NCBI GenBank assembly: GCA_938091905.1
Contig: CALKOM010000124.1
Coordinates: 15,637 to 79,636, forward strand
DNA: 64,000 nt
Source: an uncultured Verrucomicrobiales bacterium
Lineage (GTDB): Bacteria; Verrucomicrobiota; Verrucomicrobiia; Verrucomicrobiales; DEV007
Direction of reading: 5' to 3'
The translations under genes and the position numbers were made by a program. Below are positions 19,098 through 28,714 of this stretch, in pieces. Numbering within the stretch: position 1 is the stretch's first letter; every line of letters begins with the position of its first letter. The notes under the pieces were generated by a model that saw only the letters and a program-made list of their open reading frames with translations, was not told the DNA's origin and ran no database searches.

Positions 19098-20171
19098 CTA
19101 GTAGCCGATCTCCCAATTTACACTCACAAGCCGTGGCGCAATGTGGGCTTGTTCACGTTGGTAAAGGTCGTAGATCACTGCGGTGACGTGGTGCTGTCCT
19201 GGCGCGGCGACATCGCTCGGCCAGGAGGCGGTTGCGCGAATGAACTTGCCTTCGTTGGCGAACGTTTCTTTCTCGGCGGGATACTCATCGATGAGTATCC
19301 CGTCTAGATTCGTGAGGCGGAAGAGAATACGTCCAACCTCAGCAGCCTGTTTGGGTGGCAGGGCGATGATGCCTTTCACGCGCGGTTTGGTGGGTTGACC
19401 CCAAGCAGTGTCCACGCGGATGGGGAACATGACAGGACCACAGATGGCCCAGTGCGCTGCCTTTAGTTTGTCGACCAACTGAATCTTGGCTAAACTGGCA
19501 GGTTGTTGCACGCTGAGCGGGCTGCCAAAGACGAAGCTGCGGAAGAGCCGCTCAGCGCCATCGCTGTAGCAGAGTTCACTATCCAAGGCGATGACGGCAC
19601 CTTGCTTGGCCGCGAAGCCAGGGAAATTTGCCCAGGGAAGTTTGAACTCGACTTCCATGCCATTGCTAGTGCGCCTGGAGCCCACCTCAACACCTACTTT
19701 CTCGATCGCTTTGAGGAATCCTGGGCGTAAGCAGAATCGAGGGCTGATTTGCGTGTTCTTGAGCCCAGCCCAGTAGCAATGAACGGCACCAGCGTTCGCA
19801 GTTGTCGGCCAGGCCTGGCTACGGAAGGTGTCGTCTTGGCGGGCATCGAAGTACCATTCCACGCCGTCGCCTTCCCAGAGCCGATTGTCAGGGGCACCGT
19901 TGAACGGTTTGGTATCGAGCGTTCGGAGGGCGGCGTAGAATGCGGTGTCATCCCACATGTAGAAGAATTGGGCAGCGCGCTCGGAAAGATGGGCGTGATG
20001 ATACTCAAGAGGGGTGCAGAAGGCGTGCTCGAACTCTGCTAGGTTTCCATCGATAGTCATTTCCGCTGGGGCCCGCGTGGCGACGCCTCGAACGCCTGGC
20101 TTCAGGTCTGCTGCGTCGGTCCAGGTAAGCATGGATAGAAGGAGGCAGAGACTGGTCTGAGTTGCGTACAT
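19098..20171 (-). CDS. Secreted CBM9/DOMON-like sugar-binding domain protein
   Basis: Signal from MYATQ; IDGNLAEF, MWDD...Y, WEGDGVEWYFD, EFKLPW. Confidence 0.65.
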   Translation of the reverse strand: MYATQTSLCLLLSMLTWTDAADLKPGVRGVATRAPAEMTIDGNLAEFEHAFCTPLEYHHAHLSERAAQFFYMWDDTAFYAALRTLDTKPFNGAPDNRLWEGDGVEWYFDARQDDTFRSQAWPTTANAGAVHCYWAGLKNTQISPRFCLRPGFLKAIEKVGVEVGSRRTSNGMEVEFKLPWANFPGFAAKQGAVIALDSELCYSDGAERLFRSFVFGSPLSVQQPASLAKIQLVDKLKAAHWAICGPVMFPIRVDTAWGQPTKPRVKGIIALPPKQAAEVGRILFRLTNLDGILIDEYPAEKETFANEGKFIRATASWPSDVAAPGQHHVTAVIYDLYQREQAHIAPRLVSVNWEIGY

Positions 20172-20215
20172 GGCGGAGAGGTTAGGGGAAGGTGTGGATT
20201 CCTGTCGATGAAATA

Positions 20216-21388
20216 TCAACGACCTAGAAACTGGGCCTCGTTTGAGAAATCGACGTCAAAGTCTGCCATCAAGCGTTCGTGCACAGGTGTCCTGAGATGA
20301 TCGGGAAAGAGCTTCACCCCGTGCTTGGCTCCTACGAAGGCACCGAGCAGCGAAGCATAGGAGTCGGCATCGTGACCCCACTCTATACTCAGCTGGAGTG
20401 CGGCCAGGGGATCATAATCTGCAAGAGCGAGGCAACTGATGGCAACGACGAAGGGTACTTGGGCTTCCCACTTGATCGTTTGCGCGAAGGTTTTCTCGAG
20501 AGATGCAAAGAGTTTGGCGGGCTTCTTTTCGGCTTCGTTAGAGAGTTTCAAGGCCAGGTCTAACCAATGATCAACCTGTCGCGTGGTGTAGCGTATTCTG
20601 CTGTAATGATAGGGATCGGTTTTCTGGATGCTTTGGATGATCTCTGGCCAGGTCTTCCCGGCGAGCGCCGTGGACAAACCTGCGACAAGAGCTGCATTGA
20701 CGTCCTTGCCCCAACTGTTGTCAAAGTAACTCAGCTCATAGCACGCACGGTAGGCGTTCACGGGTTTTGCTGGATACAGGGCCGCCAGCGGCAACGACGT
20801 CATTTGACCGCAGCAGGTGGGTAACCCCTGCCAGAGCCGTTCAGGTGGCCGGGCTATGGTCGGATCGCGTACGCCGAGGACCCAGGCACTGGCATAGCGC
20901 CATTCTTCTAGCCAATCTTGGTTGAGTCCTGCGAGCTCGGTGGAGAGTGCTTTGCTTGGCCAATCCATGTAGACCTTGGCAAGGGTTTGTTTGTTGGGCG
21001 CCCCCTTGGATTGATGAAGTGCCTCCAATAGAATGAGCTTATGCCGGGTGTCGTCCGTGATCGTGCCAGCGGGTGCATTTTCGCCCCACTGTCCGTAGGA
21101 TTCTGACTTTGGTCTTAGCGGTGCGTACGGGCGTAGTTGCAGTCGTTCAATGGCCGCTCCTGCATCGAAGAGTTCGTCTTTCTGCCAGACCTTTGGCTGT
21201 GGTCTGAGCTGTGCGATTGCCTCGGTAGACTGGAATTCAATGGGGCCGCCCAAGGCATCGCCGATGGCTGAGCCGTAGAGCAAGCCGCTGATGCGATCTG
21301 TTAGAGTGACGTCCGATTCTGCATGAGCGCTGAGCGGGAGCAACGCGGCGCTCAGTTGTAGGAAGCGGCGTCGTGATGTCGTTCTCAT
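20216..21388 (-). CDS. ADP-ribosylglycohydrolase family protein with Tat signal
   Basis: SRRRFLQ twin-Arg signal; GSAIGDALGGP.EF, TDDT, GHDADS. Confidence 0.88.
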   Translation of the reverse strand: MRTTSRRRFLQLSAALLPLSAHAESDVTLTDRISGLLYGSAIGDALGGPIEFQSTEAIAQLRPQPKVWQKDELFDAGAAIERLQLRPYAPLRPKSESYGQWGENAPAGTITDDTRHKLILLEALHQSKGAPNKQTLAKVYMDWPSKALSTELAGLNQDWLEEWRYASAWVLGVRDPTIARPPERLWQGLPTCCGQMTSLPLAALYPAKPVNAYRACYELSYFDNSWGKDVNAALVAGLSTALAGKTWPEIIQSIQKTDPYHYSRIRYTTRQVDHWLDLALKLSNEAEKKPAKLFASLEKTFAQTIKWEAQVPFVVAISCLALADYDPLAALQLSIEWGHDADSYASLLGAFVGAKHGVKLFPDHLRTPVHERLMADFDVDFSNEAQFLGR

Positions 21389-22404
21389 GATTTCAAGACG
21401 AGATTGCGCGATAATTCTAACAAATTCTTTTTATCCTTAATCGCTAGTGAAAGATCCAGCTGGGCATAGCCGATGAGGCGTCTCATGATCTCCACGCCGA
21501 CGAGCTGGTCTTGCAACTGCGCCTCGTAGGATGGTGGCTGTTGATAGGCGGATAGAAACGCGTCGGCCCGTTCGGCCTGTTGAGCAAGGTGCAGGTGGGC
21601 AAGGAACACACTGACATCAAATTCGGGGCGGCCGAAGAACGCGAATTCTGGATCGATAACGCGTGGCCCTGCATCGGTCTTGATCAGGCTGCCGGGAAAG
21701 AAGTCGCCATGAAGAAGGCATGGGCCATCAGCGAGATAGGCTTCTGGGCCGAGTGCGGCGACGGCTTTGACGTAAGTCGCGTCTGCTAGCAAAGGGGCTG
21801 CCGCTTGAGCGAGGCCAGGTTGAATAGAGTCGAGATCGAGGCCGTTGTTGGACTGTAACGGAATCTGGAAGATATGCGCGTGATTGAGTTCACGCATGGC
21901 GCGGTTGGCAAATTTGCCAGTCTCAGGAACACGATGCAATACGGTCAGGTAGGAGGCTAAGGCTTCCAGGGTTTCGGCGTCCCACTGCTCGTGGCTGTAA
22001 ACAGAACGATAGTCACCCATTTCTCTAAGGTCTTCCAAAAGCAGTATGTGATGGGACTCATCGCAGCCGATCCATCGCGGCATCATGGCAGCGGCGGCGG
22101 GAGCGCTGCTTACCCGCTTGTAGAACTCAGACTCGCGTAGGACGCGTTCCCAAGGTGCCTCGAACTGCGGGTATTTCTCGACCCAGGGGCGTGCTTGTTT
22201 GACAATGAGGGAGCGCGCTGTGGTTTGCACCCGCAAGGTGCAGTTCATGTTTCCCTCACCGGCGATCTCGCAGTGACGAATGCGCTCATTCGATTCTAAC
22301 AACCCAGCAGTCTCGAGATGCTGTTCCAGGGCCATGGGAGCCATTGGGTCGAGAAAGAAGTGCTCTGGGTGACGGCTGGCGAGGTCTTCGCGAGGCGAAC
22401 TCAT
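21385..22404 (-). CDS. mtnK: Methylthioribose-kinase-like phosphotransferase (APH family)
   Basis: GEGNMN, VKQARP, LLHGDFFPGS, VIDPEFAF, EIMRRLIGYAQ. Start ATG 22404 overlaps the upstream TGA. Confidence 0.7.
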   Translation of the reverse strand: MSSPREDLASRHPEHFFLDPMAPMALEQHLETAGLLESNERIRHCEIAGEGNMNCTLRVQTTARSLIVKQARPWVEKYPQFEAPWERVLRESEFYKRVSSAPAAAAMMPRWIGCDESHHILLLEDLREMGDYRSVYSHEQWDAETLEALASYLTVLHRVPETGKFANRAMRELNHAHIFQIPLQSNNGLDLDSIQPGLAQAAAPLLADATYVKAVAALGPEAYLADGPCLLHGDFFPGSLIKTDAGPRVIDPEFAFFGRPEFDVSVFLAHLHLAQQAERADAFLSAYQQPPSYEAQLQDQLVGVEIMRRLIGYAQLDLSLAIKDKKNLLELSRNLVLKS

Positions 22405-23806
22405 GGCGAGTTGATTGCTTGAATCCGGTAGAAGCGTCGCCTCGTTGAGGTGGTGTCCGTGGCTAACCAAACATTCCCGTCATTGGCTTCCAGGGTGATG
22501 GCGGGGTCTTCGCGCCAGGGAGCTTGAAGGTCTTGGGTCCAATGAACCGAATAAATGGTGTCCGGCTGGCCTTGCCAGTGAAGCAGCGCGGTGGTGGTGT
22601 TTCGTTCAATGCGGAGGCGAGAAACAGTGGGGGAGCTAATGGTGTTAGTGTGAGGTCCAGGTAGACAAGGCGGTGATCGGAGGCGCCCCGGACGCTGGCG
22701 CTCAGGGGATCACTGCGCTTAGGCCAGAACACTTTGGCGTCTCGGACGGTGAGTCCTGCAATTGATGGCAAGACATAGTCGGCTCTGAGATTCTCACGAC
22801 TGAAGTCGGCGGTGTCTTCGGCTGGGTTGTCTCGATGTTGGCGATCGGCGGCCTCTGTGCCACCTGGGCCGGTTGGTGTGGGTGTGGCTTGAACACGTGG
22901 GTGGTCTAGCAATTGGGCAATGGCTCCATCAGAGCTATCCCCGTCGGACGGATCAGCATTGAGATCGCCCATGATTACAAATCGTACGTTCTCTGCTAGT
23001 CCTCCAGCGAGCCCCGAGTCATCAGAGATGTAGGTGCCGAAATCGGGCATGAGATAGTCCTTCCACAAACGGATCTCATCATGGTTGCGGCGACCGTTGC
23101 GATCCTCTGCACCATCAAACACAGGCGGCGTGGGGTGAGAAACAAGCAGGTGAAGCAACTCACCGTTGACCTCGATAGGGAGATCCCAGTGGCTCTTTGA
23201 GGACAGTCGGAAGACCGCAGACTTTTCTTCGTTGTAATAGGCGGGACGACCTCCCACGCCATTGGGCAGAAGACTGTTCGGCATGTCTTTCCAGAGAAAC
23301 ATTTGAAAGTTTCGCAACAGGGCGTCTTTGATAGGGAACTGCGAGTAGACGACCATGCCGTACTGCCCAGGAAAGGTTCCGAATCCGAAGGCATCACCTG
23401 CATAGGAGTTGTTTCCTGGATTCGTCACGGCGCTGCCGCTGTTGTCGAAGTCCTGACCGGACGATACCCCAGTATTCGAGGGCGCCGCGAAGCGATGTTT
23501 GTAGATGATAGAGTCTTGATCGCCCTGGCCAACCGAGAGGAAGTTCTCTTGAAAGAGCTTCATGCCCTCACCTTCCTCATCGTGATCGAACTCGTTCAGC
23601 AGAAGGATGTCAGGGCGAACCTTCTGAATGATTTCAGCGACGCGCTTGATCTGGCGAGCACCGGAGGTTTCAGGTTGAGAAAGATCGCGCAGAAGATGAC
23701 CAGCGGACCCCCGATTCAGAGATGCATTGAAGGTCGCAACCCGAATGTCTTGGCTGCTAGCGGTGCCTAACCACAGGCACAGACCTAACCACAGGCACAG
23801 ACCCAT
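22401..23806 (-). CDS. Secreted endonuclease/exonuclease/phosphatase family protein with a frameshifted C-terminal domain
   Basis: VATFNASL, LLNEFD, RLSSKSHWD, SHPTPPVFDG, GDLNAD, ASDHRLV. One extra C in the C5 run (G5 at 22629-22633 on +) restores ...LHWQGQPDTIYSVHWTQDLQAPW...RRFYRIQAINSP, ending in TGA 22401-22403 and coupled to mtnK. Confidence 0.8.
23766..23801. repeat. 18-bp tandem duplication in the signal-peptide coding region
   Basis: CCTAACCACAGGCACAGA x2, encoding GLCLWL twice. Confidence 0.8.
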
Positions 23807-23826
23807 CCACAGACCGATGCCCGTAG

Positions 23827-24543
23827 TTAGGCATCGTGATCGATGACGTAGAGGATGCGGTTGCATTGCTCACAGTGGGTAATTTCCTGCTCAGCACGAG
23901 CGTGGTGAAAGGTCTGTGTGGTCACCTGCATGTGGCAGCCGCCGCACATCTGGTTTTGATCATCGACTCGCACAATGACAGTACCCTTCTTAACGGCGAG
24001 GCGGTCGTAGAGGTCGAGCGTGTCGGGATCGACTTTGGAGGCGAGTTCTTTCCGTTCGGCGATCATCTTATCCAGAGCGTCCTGAGAAACCTGCTGACGT
24101 TGTTTCAAGTCTTCTAACTCTTCGTCGACTAACTTCTGAGTGGCGGCGAGTTGAGCCGTTGCGTCATCATGCGCCTTCTTAAGCGTCTCTGCCTTCTCCA
24201 TGAGCTCTAACTGACGATCTTCGATCTCGGTGATCTGTTTCTCGTACCGTTCGATTTCATGGCCAAGAGCACTGAACTCTTCATTCTTGCGTGTTTCAAA
24301 CTGCTGCGTTTTCAAGCGCAGGCGTGTTTGTTGGCAGGTCTCGACTTCGAGTTCGAGGGCTTTGATCGCCACCTCATTCTCTTGGGCGGCCGTCTTGGCA
24401 TCACTCACGGCCGTGTTATCTCCGGAAAGGCGGGTCTTCGCTTTGTCCTCGTCTAGAGGAATTCGATCCATTTCTTTGCGGGCATCGCGGATCTTCTCGT
24501 CGCGGTCCTGGATGACCAGGAGTTTCTCTAGTTCGGGTAGCAT
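23827..24543 (-). CDS. Coiled-coil plus C4 zinc-ribbon protein (CT398/DUF164-like)
   Basis: LLVIQDRD start, long coiled coil, CGGCHM...CEQCNRILY. Confidence 0.88.
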   Translation of the reverse strand: MLPELEKLLVIQDRDEKIRDARKEMDRIPLDEDKAKTRLSGDNTAVSDAKTAAQENEVAIKALELEVETCQQTRLRLKTQQFETRKNEEFSALGHEIERYEKQITEIEDRQLELMEKAETLKKAHDDATAQLAATQKLVDEELEDLKQRQQVSQDALDKMIAERKELASKVDPDTLDLYDRLAVKKGTVIVRVDDQNQMCGGCHMQVTTQTFHHARAEQEITHCEQCNRILYVIDHDA

Positions 24544-24670
24544 AGGCGTCTTCTGACTAAGTCCAGGATTCCCGCAAGCGCTTCCCGAATCAAGAACGAT
24601 CCTCATTCTGGATGAGAAGATCGAAGAGATTGACCCGTTGCTTTGTCGCCGTCATGTTGTGATTCCGACA

Positions 24671-25435
24671 ATGGGCTCACCTCATCTTCTTCTCGTCATT
24701 CCCTGTTATCGGGAGAGTCGACGCTTGCCCCCATTTCTCAATGAGCTTTGCCCGAGCTTGGAGAAGCTGCCCTTTAAAGTTTCTATCCTCGTTGCCGATG
24801 ACGGTTCAGGTCCCGAAGAATTGGCGAAATTGACTGCGATTGTGGAGGAAGAACGGGAGACATACGGAGCGCTGCTCCAGCCAGTTTTAGAGCTGAGTCA
24901 TGAAGGCAAGGGCGGCACGATTCTTCGGGCGTGGATAGCTGGGCCTCCTTCCACAACCCACTATGCCTTTGCCGATGCAGACGGTGCTGTCTCCCCGGAG
25001 GAGATCCGCCGTGTGCTTCTGGACTTTATCACGACCCCGAATCTCGATCCTGACGCTTGTGCGTTTGCGATTCGTAAGACCACGTCGACCACTGCGATCA
25101 AGCGCGACCCGATTCGCCGACTGATGGGCCTCGTTTACTATCGGCTAGTGCGGTTCATTCTTGATTCCCAAGTATATGATCCGGCTTGCGGCTTTAAGAT
25201 ACTTTCAAGACGCTTCTGGGAAAAGTGTGGTCCGCAGTTGACGGAGAAAGAATGGGCTTTGGATATTGAGATTGTTGCTAGACTGGATTATTATGGCTTT
25301 CCTCTCGTTCAAATTCCGGTGAACTGGGAAGAGAAAGTTGGTAGCAAGATTGGTCGGGCCGACATTTGGCGCACGCTCAAACAGGTGGTCGAGATTAAGC
25401 AGCGGTCGAATTTCTGGCACGTGCAGGACACATGA
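24671..25435 (+). CDS. Glycosyltransferase family 2 (polyprenol-phosphate glycosyltransferase-like)
   Basis: VIPCYRE, DDGS, GKGG, DADG, DPACGFK, DIE. Confidence 0.88.
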   Translation: MGSPHLLLVIPCYRESRRLPPFLNELCPSLEKLPFKVSILVADDGSGPEELAKLTAIVEEERETYGALLQPVLELSHEGKGGTILRAWIAGPPSTTHYAFADADGAVSPEEIRRVLLDFITTPNLDPDACAFAIRKTTSTTAIKRDPIRRLMGLVYYRLVRFILDSQVYDPACGFKILSRRFWEKCGPQLTEKEWALDIEIVARLDYYGFPLVQIPVNWEEKVGSKIGRADIWRTLKQVVEIKQRSNFWHVQDT

Positions 25436-28239
25436 GCGCAGACGTCATCAAGATTACCGGCGCGCGTCAGCACAATCTGCAGGACATTTCACTCGAGATT
25501 CCTCGCAACCAGCTCGTTGTCATCACGGGCGTGAGTGGTTCTGGAAAGTCCTCGCTGGCGTTTCATACGTTGTATGCGGAGGGGCAGCGGCGTTACGTGG
25601 AGAGCCTTTCGGCTTATGCTAGGCAATTTTTAGAAAAGTTGGAGAAGCCTGATGTTGATTTTATCGAGGGGCTGTCGCCAGCGATCGCGATTGAGCAACG
25701 CACGGCCTCAGCGACGCCGCGATCGACAATCGCGACCGTGACCGAGATCTACGATTATCTAAGGATTCTCTACGCGGCCTTGGGTCAGCCGCACGACCCT
25801 GAGACCGGTGAGGCGATTCATCAGAAATCAGTACAGAGTCTGGTTGAAGAGCTGTTAGAATTGCCGTCTGGAACCCGCCTCATGGTGCTTGCTCCCGTTG
25901 ATCTTGATGACGTGACGAAGCTGAGTGAGGTGACAAACCGGCTCCGGAGAGAGGGCTTTGTTCGTGTGCGCCTCAATGGCGAAATTCATGATTTGGAGGG
26001 TGAATTTACCAAGCGCCAGTTTCCCGAGATACCCGAAACCGTCGAGGCTGTCGTGGATCGTCTTGTTTTACGTGAGGATAGTGCCAGTCGTCTTACGGAT
26101 TCCATTGAAACGGCACTAAAATGGAGTCGCCCACGCATCTCATTCCTCGTTGGAACAGGGGCGGAATCGTGGGACTTGCGTGAGGAAACAACTGCCTTTG
26201 CGAACCCCGAGACAGGGTTCACCTTGGAGACGCTGACACCACGGCATTTCTCTTTTAATAGCCATCTTGGAGCTTGCGAAACCTGTCAGGGGCTCGGGAC
26301 ATTGGCGGTGGTGGATCCAGATCTCATCATCACGAAGCCAGAGAAGGGGGTGCTTGATGGTGCGTTCAAGAGCTGGTGGGTGGGCCAGAAGAAAGTCCGG
26401 GAACTTCACGATAAGCGAATTCAGGAATTGGCAAAGGTGATGAAGGTGGACCTGTCCAAGGCCTATGAGGACCTTGACGAGGGGTTTCAGACGGTCTTGT
26501 TAGAGGGATCGAGTGTGCCTGAATTTGAAGGATTGGCTCCCGAGGCAGCTCGTTTGTTAGAGGAAACGGAGAGCCAGCGGATGCGGCAGGCCCTGACTGC
26601 GTTCACCAGTGATCACACTTGCCCCGAGTGCAAAGGTCAGCGTTTGAGACCCGAGATCTTGGGAGTGATGCTAGCAGACGCAGGCGGACGGAAGCATAAC
26701 ATTTCTGCCTTCACCAAACTTTCGATTCAAGAGGCACTTGCGTGGGTGGAGCAACTTCAGGTCACGACCCAACAGGCGAAGTTTATTGGAGAAGTGCGGG
26801 CTGAGATCACCAAGCGTCTCCATTTCCTTAATCAGGTGGGGCTTGGCTATCTCACCTTGGACCGTGAAAGTCGGACACTATCGGGGGGCGAGTCGCAGCG
26901 GATTCGTTTGGCCACACAGATCGGTGCTGGTCTCACTGGAGTTCTTTATGTGCTCGATGAACCAAGCATTGGGCTTCACCAACGTGACAACGCGCGTTTG
27001 TTAGAGACTCTCCAGGAGCTGAAGGGCTTGGGAAACAGTGTGATCGTTGTTGAACACGATGAGGAAACGATTGAAGAAGCGGATCACGTGATCGATATCG
27101 GTCCTGCTGCAGGGCCGTTGGGAGGGAAGATTATCGCTCAAGGGACGGTCGACGAGATCAAGAAAGACGAGAATTCCATCACGGGGAAATTCCTCACTGG
27201 GCGCTACACGATCAAGCTTCCCAAGGAGAGGCGTTCACCGCGTGGTTGGGTGACGGTGTATGGGGGTGCCGAGCACAACTTGAAGGAGGTGGAAGCGCAG
27301 TTTCCAATCGGTTGTCTAACCTGTGTGACGGGCGTGTCCGGATCGGGAAAGTCGACCTTGGTCGATAAGATTCTGCGAAGGGCGCTCTTTCGGCACTTCT
27401 ATCATTCCAAGGACAAGCCTGGGAAGCATGAGAACCTGTCAGGGCTCGATCAGATCGATAAAGCAATCGTCGTAGACCAAGCACCCATTGGGCGCAGCCC
27501 GCGATCGAATCCCGCGACCTACGTCGGTGCTTTCAATGCCATTCGGGATGTCTTTGCGGCGCTCCCGTCCTCCAAGATTCGTGGCTACAGCGCCGGACGC
27601 TTCAGTTTCAATCGACCGGGTGGCCGTTGCGAGCATTGTCAGGGGGATGGTCTCATCCGCATTGACATGCATTTTCTCAATGACGTCTACGTGACCTGTG
27701 AGACCTGCAATGGCCAGCGCTACAATCGCGAAACGTTGGAAGTGACGTTTAAGGGCAAGAACATTGCGGAAGTTCTCGATCTGTCCGTGTCTCAGGGAAC
27801 ACGTTTCTTTCGTAATGTGCCGAAGGTGCACGACCGACTAGAGGCGCTGGAGAAAGTGGGCCTGGGCTATGTGAAGCTGGGCCAGCCGGGAACGAGTCTT
27901 TCCGGTGGTGAGGCGCAGCGGGTGAAGCTTGCAGCAGAACTGGCCAAGAAAGCGACCGGGCGAACCTTGTATCTGTTAGATGAACCGACGACGGGACTGC
28001 ACTTTAGCGACGTGGATACACTCTTGCGTGTGCTCTATTCACTTCGAGACGCTGGGAACACGTTGGTGGTCATTGAGCACAACTTGGACATGATCAAGTG
28101 TGCGGATTGGGTGATTGATCTTGGACCAGAAGGTGGCGAAGGCGGCGGTAGCATCCTTGCGGCTGGACCGCCTGAAGAGATTGCGAATAGCAAGAGTAGC
28201 CACACGGGAAATTACTTGAAACGGGTCCTCAACCGTTAG
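25432..28239 (+). CDS. uvrA: Excinuclease ABC subunit A
   Basis: [30 protein letters not shown], two ABC cassettes with LSGGE, zinc-finger Cys pairs. Confidence 0.98.
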   Translation: MSADVIKITGARQHNLQDISLEIPRNQLVVITGVSGSGKSSLAFHTLYAEGQRRYVESLSAYARQFLEKLEKPDVDFIEGLSPAIAIEQRTASATPRSTIATVTEIYDYLRILYAALGQPHDPETGEAIHQKSVQSLVEELLELPSGTRLMVLAPVDLDDVTKLSEVTNRLRREGFVRVRLNGEIHDLEGEFTKRQFPEIPETVEAVVDRLVLREDSASRLTDSIETALKWSRPRISFLVGTGAESWDLREETTAFANPETGFTLETLTPRHFSFNSHLGACETCQGLGTLAVVDPDLIITKPEKGVLDGAFKSWWVGQKKVRELHDKRIQELAKVMKVDLSKAYEDLDEGFQTVLLEGSSVPEFEGLAPEAARLLEETESQRMRQALTAFTSDHTCPECKGQRLRPEILGVMLADAGGRKHNISAFTKLSIQEALAWVEQLQVTTQQAKFIGEVRAEITKRLHFLNQVGLGYLTLDRESRTLSGGESQRIRLATQIGAGLTGVLYVLDEPSIGLHQRDNARLLETLQELKGLGNSVIVVEHDEETIEEADHVIDIGPAAGPLGGKIIAQGTVDEIKKDENSITGKFLTGRYTIKLPKERRSPRGWVTVYGGAEHNLKEVEAQFPIGCLTCVTGVSGSGKSTLVDKILRRALFRHFYHSKDKPGKHENLSGLDQIDKAIVVDQAPIGRSPRSNPATYVGAFNAIRDVFAALPSSKIRGYSAGRFSFNRPGGRCEHCQGDGLIRIDMHFLNDVYVTCETCNGQRYNRETLEVTFKGKNIAEVLDLSVSQGTRFFRNVPKVHDRLEALEKVGLGYVKLGQPGTSLSGGEAQRVKLAAELAKKATGRTLYLLDEPTTGLHFSDVDTLLRVLYSLRDAGNTLVVIEHNLDMIKCADWVIDLGPEGGEGGGSILAAGPPEEIANSKSSHTGNYLKRVLNR

Positions 28240-28249
28240 CTGCTGAGCA

Positions 28250-28367
28250 GGAAGGGGATAGGCGTGCGGCCCGGCAGGTAACCTGGAAGAAAACCCCTTA
28301 ACTCCCTAGAAATTGGCTTACTGTCGGGCCGCACAGTTCATGAGACTTTGACTCACTATCTCTCTCC
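28250..28367. ncRNA. Structured ORF-free element downstream of uvrA; candidate sigma-54-dependent small RNA (minus strand) or structured uvrA 3' end (plus strand)
   Basis: 14-bp stem 28264-28277 with 28321-28334, closing stem 28250-28261 with 28356-28367, small TGAG/CTCA hairpin between them; no U-tract on either strand; a sigma-54 motif points into it. Confidence 0.45.
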
Positions 28368-28372
28368 TACCA

Positions 28373-28389
28373 AGCATTGTGCGTGCCAA
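28373..28389 (-). promoter_or_regulatory. Sigma-54 (RpoN) -24/-12 promoter
   Basis: Minus strand reads TTGGCACG-CACA-ATGCT: GG-N10-GC spacing exact, one mismatch to YTGGCACGNNNNTTGCW; intergenic. Confidence 0.65.
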
Positions 28390-28653
28390 GATTGAAACGT
28401 TCGGCGTATCCGTCTCGACTTAGAGCCTGTAGGTGAGTGAAGAACCGTCTGCCTGCTCGATCGTGAGCCCGCGATGGCCAGGTTTCCCGAATTTCCTGTC
28501 GAAATATCTTCAGTGATGGTGCGATCTAACCAGTTGGTGAGATCATCGGTGAGGTGGATTCCTCCAAGGTCGATGACTAAAATACTGCGGGGTGATACTT
28601 CAATGATGATCGTTCTGAGGTAGAAAAGTCATTCTATTGTAATGGAGCGAATA

Positions 28654-28675
28654 AAATGCTATTAAATTAGCATTT
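28654..28675. promoter_or_regulatory. AT-rich palindrome, possible regulator binding site
   Basis: AAATGCTA-ttaaat-TAGCATTT, 8-bp perfect inverted repeat. Confidence 0.35.
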
Positions 28676-28714
28676 AAGATTGCCTTGTGCTCCTAGCTTG
28701 GAGTAGATCTTGGG

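Noticed and set aside
28250..28367. SRP (4.5S) RNA or a simple intrinsic terminator
   Set aside because: Lacks the SRP domain IV CAGG-N-GNRA-N-AGCA geometry; no U-tract on either strand and the loop is too long. Kept only as an unknown structured element.
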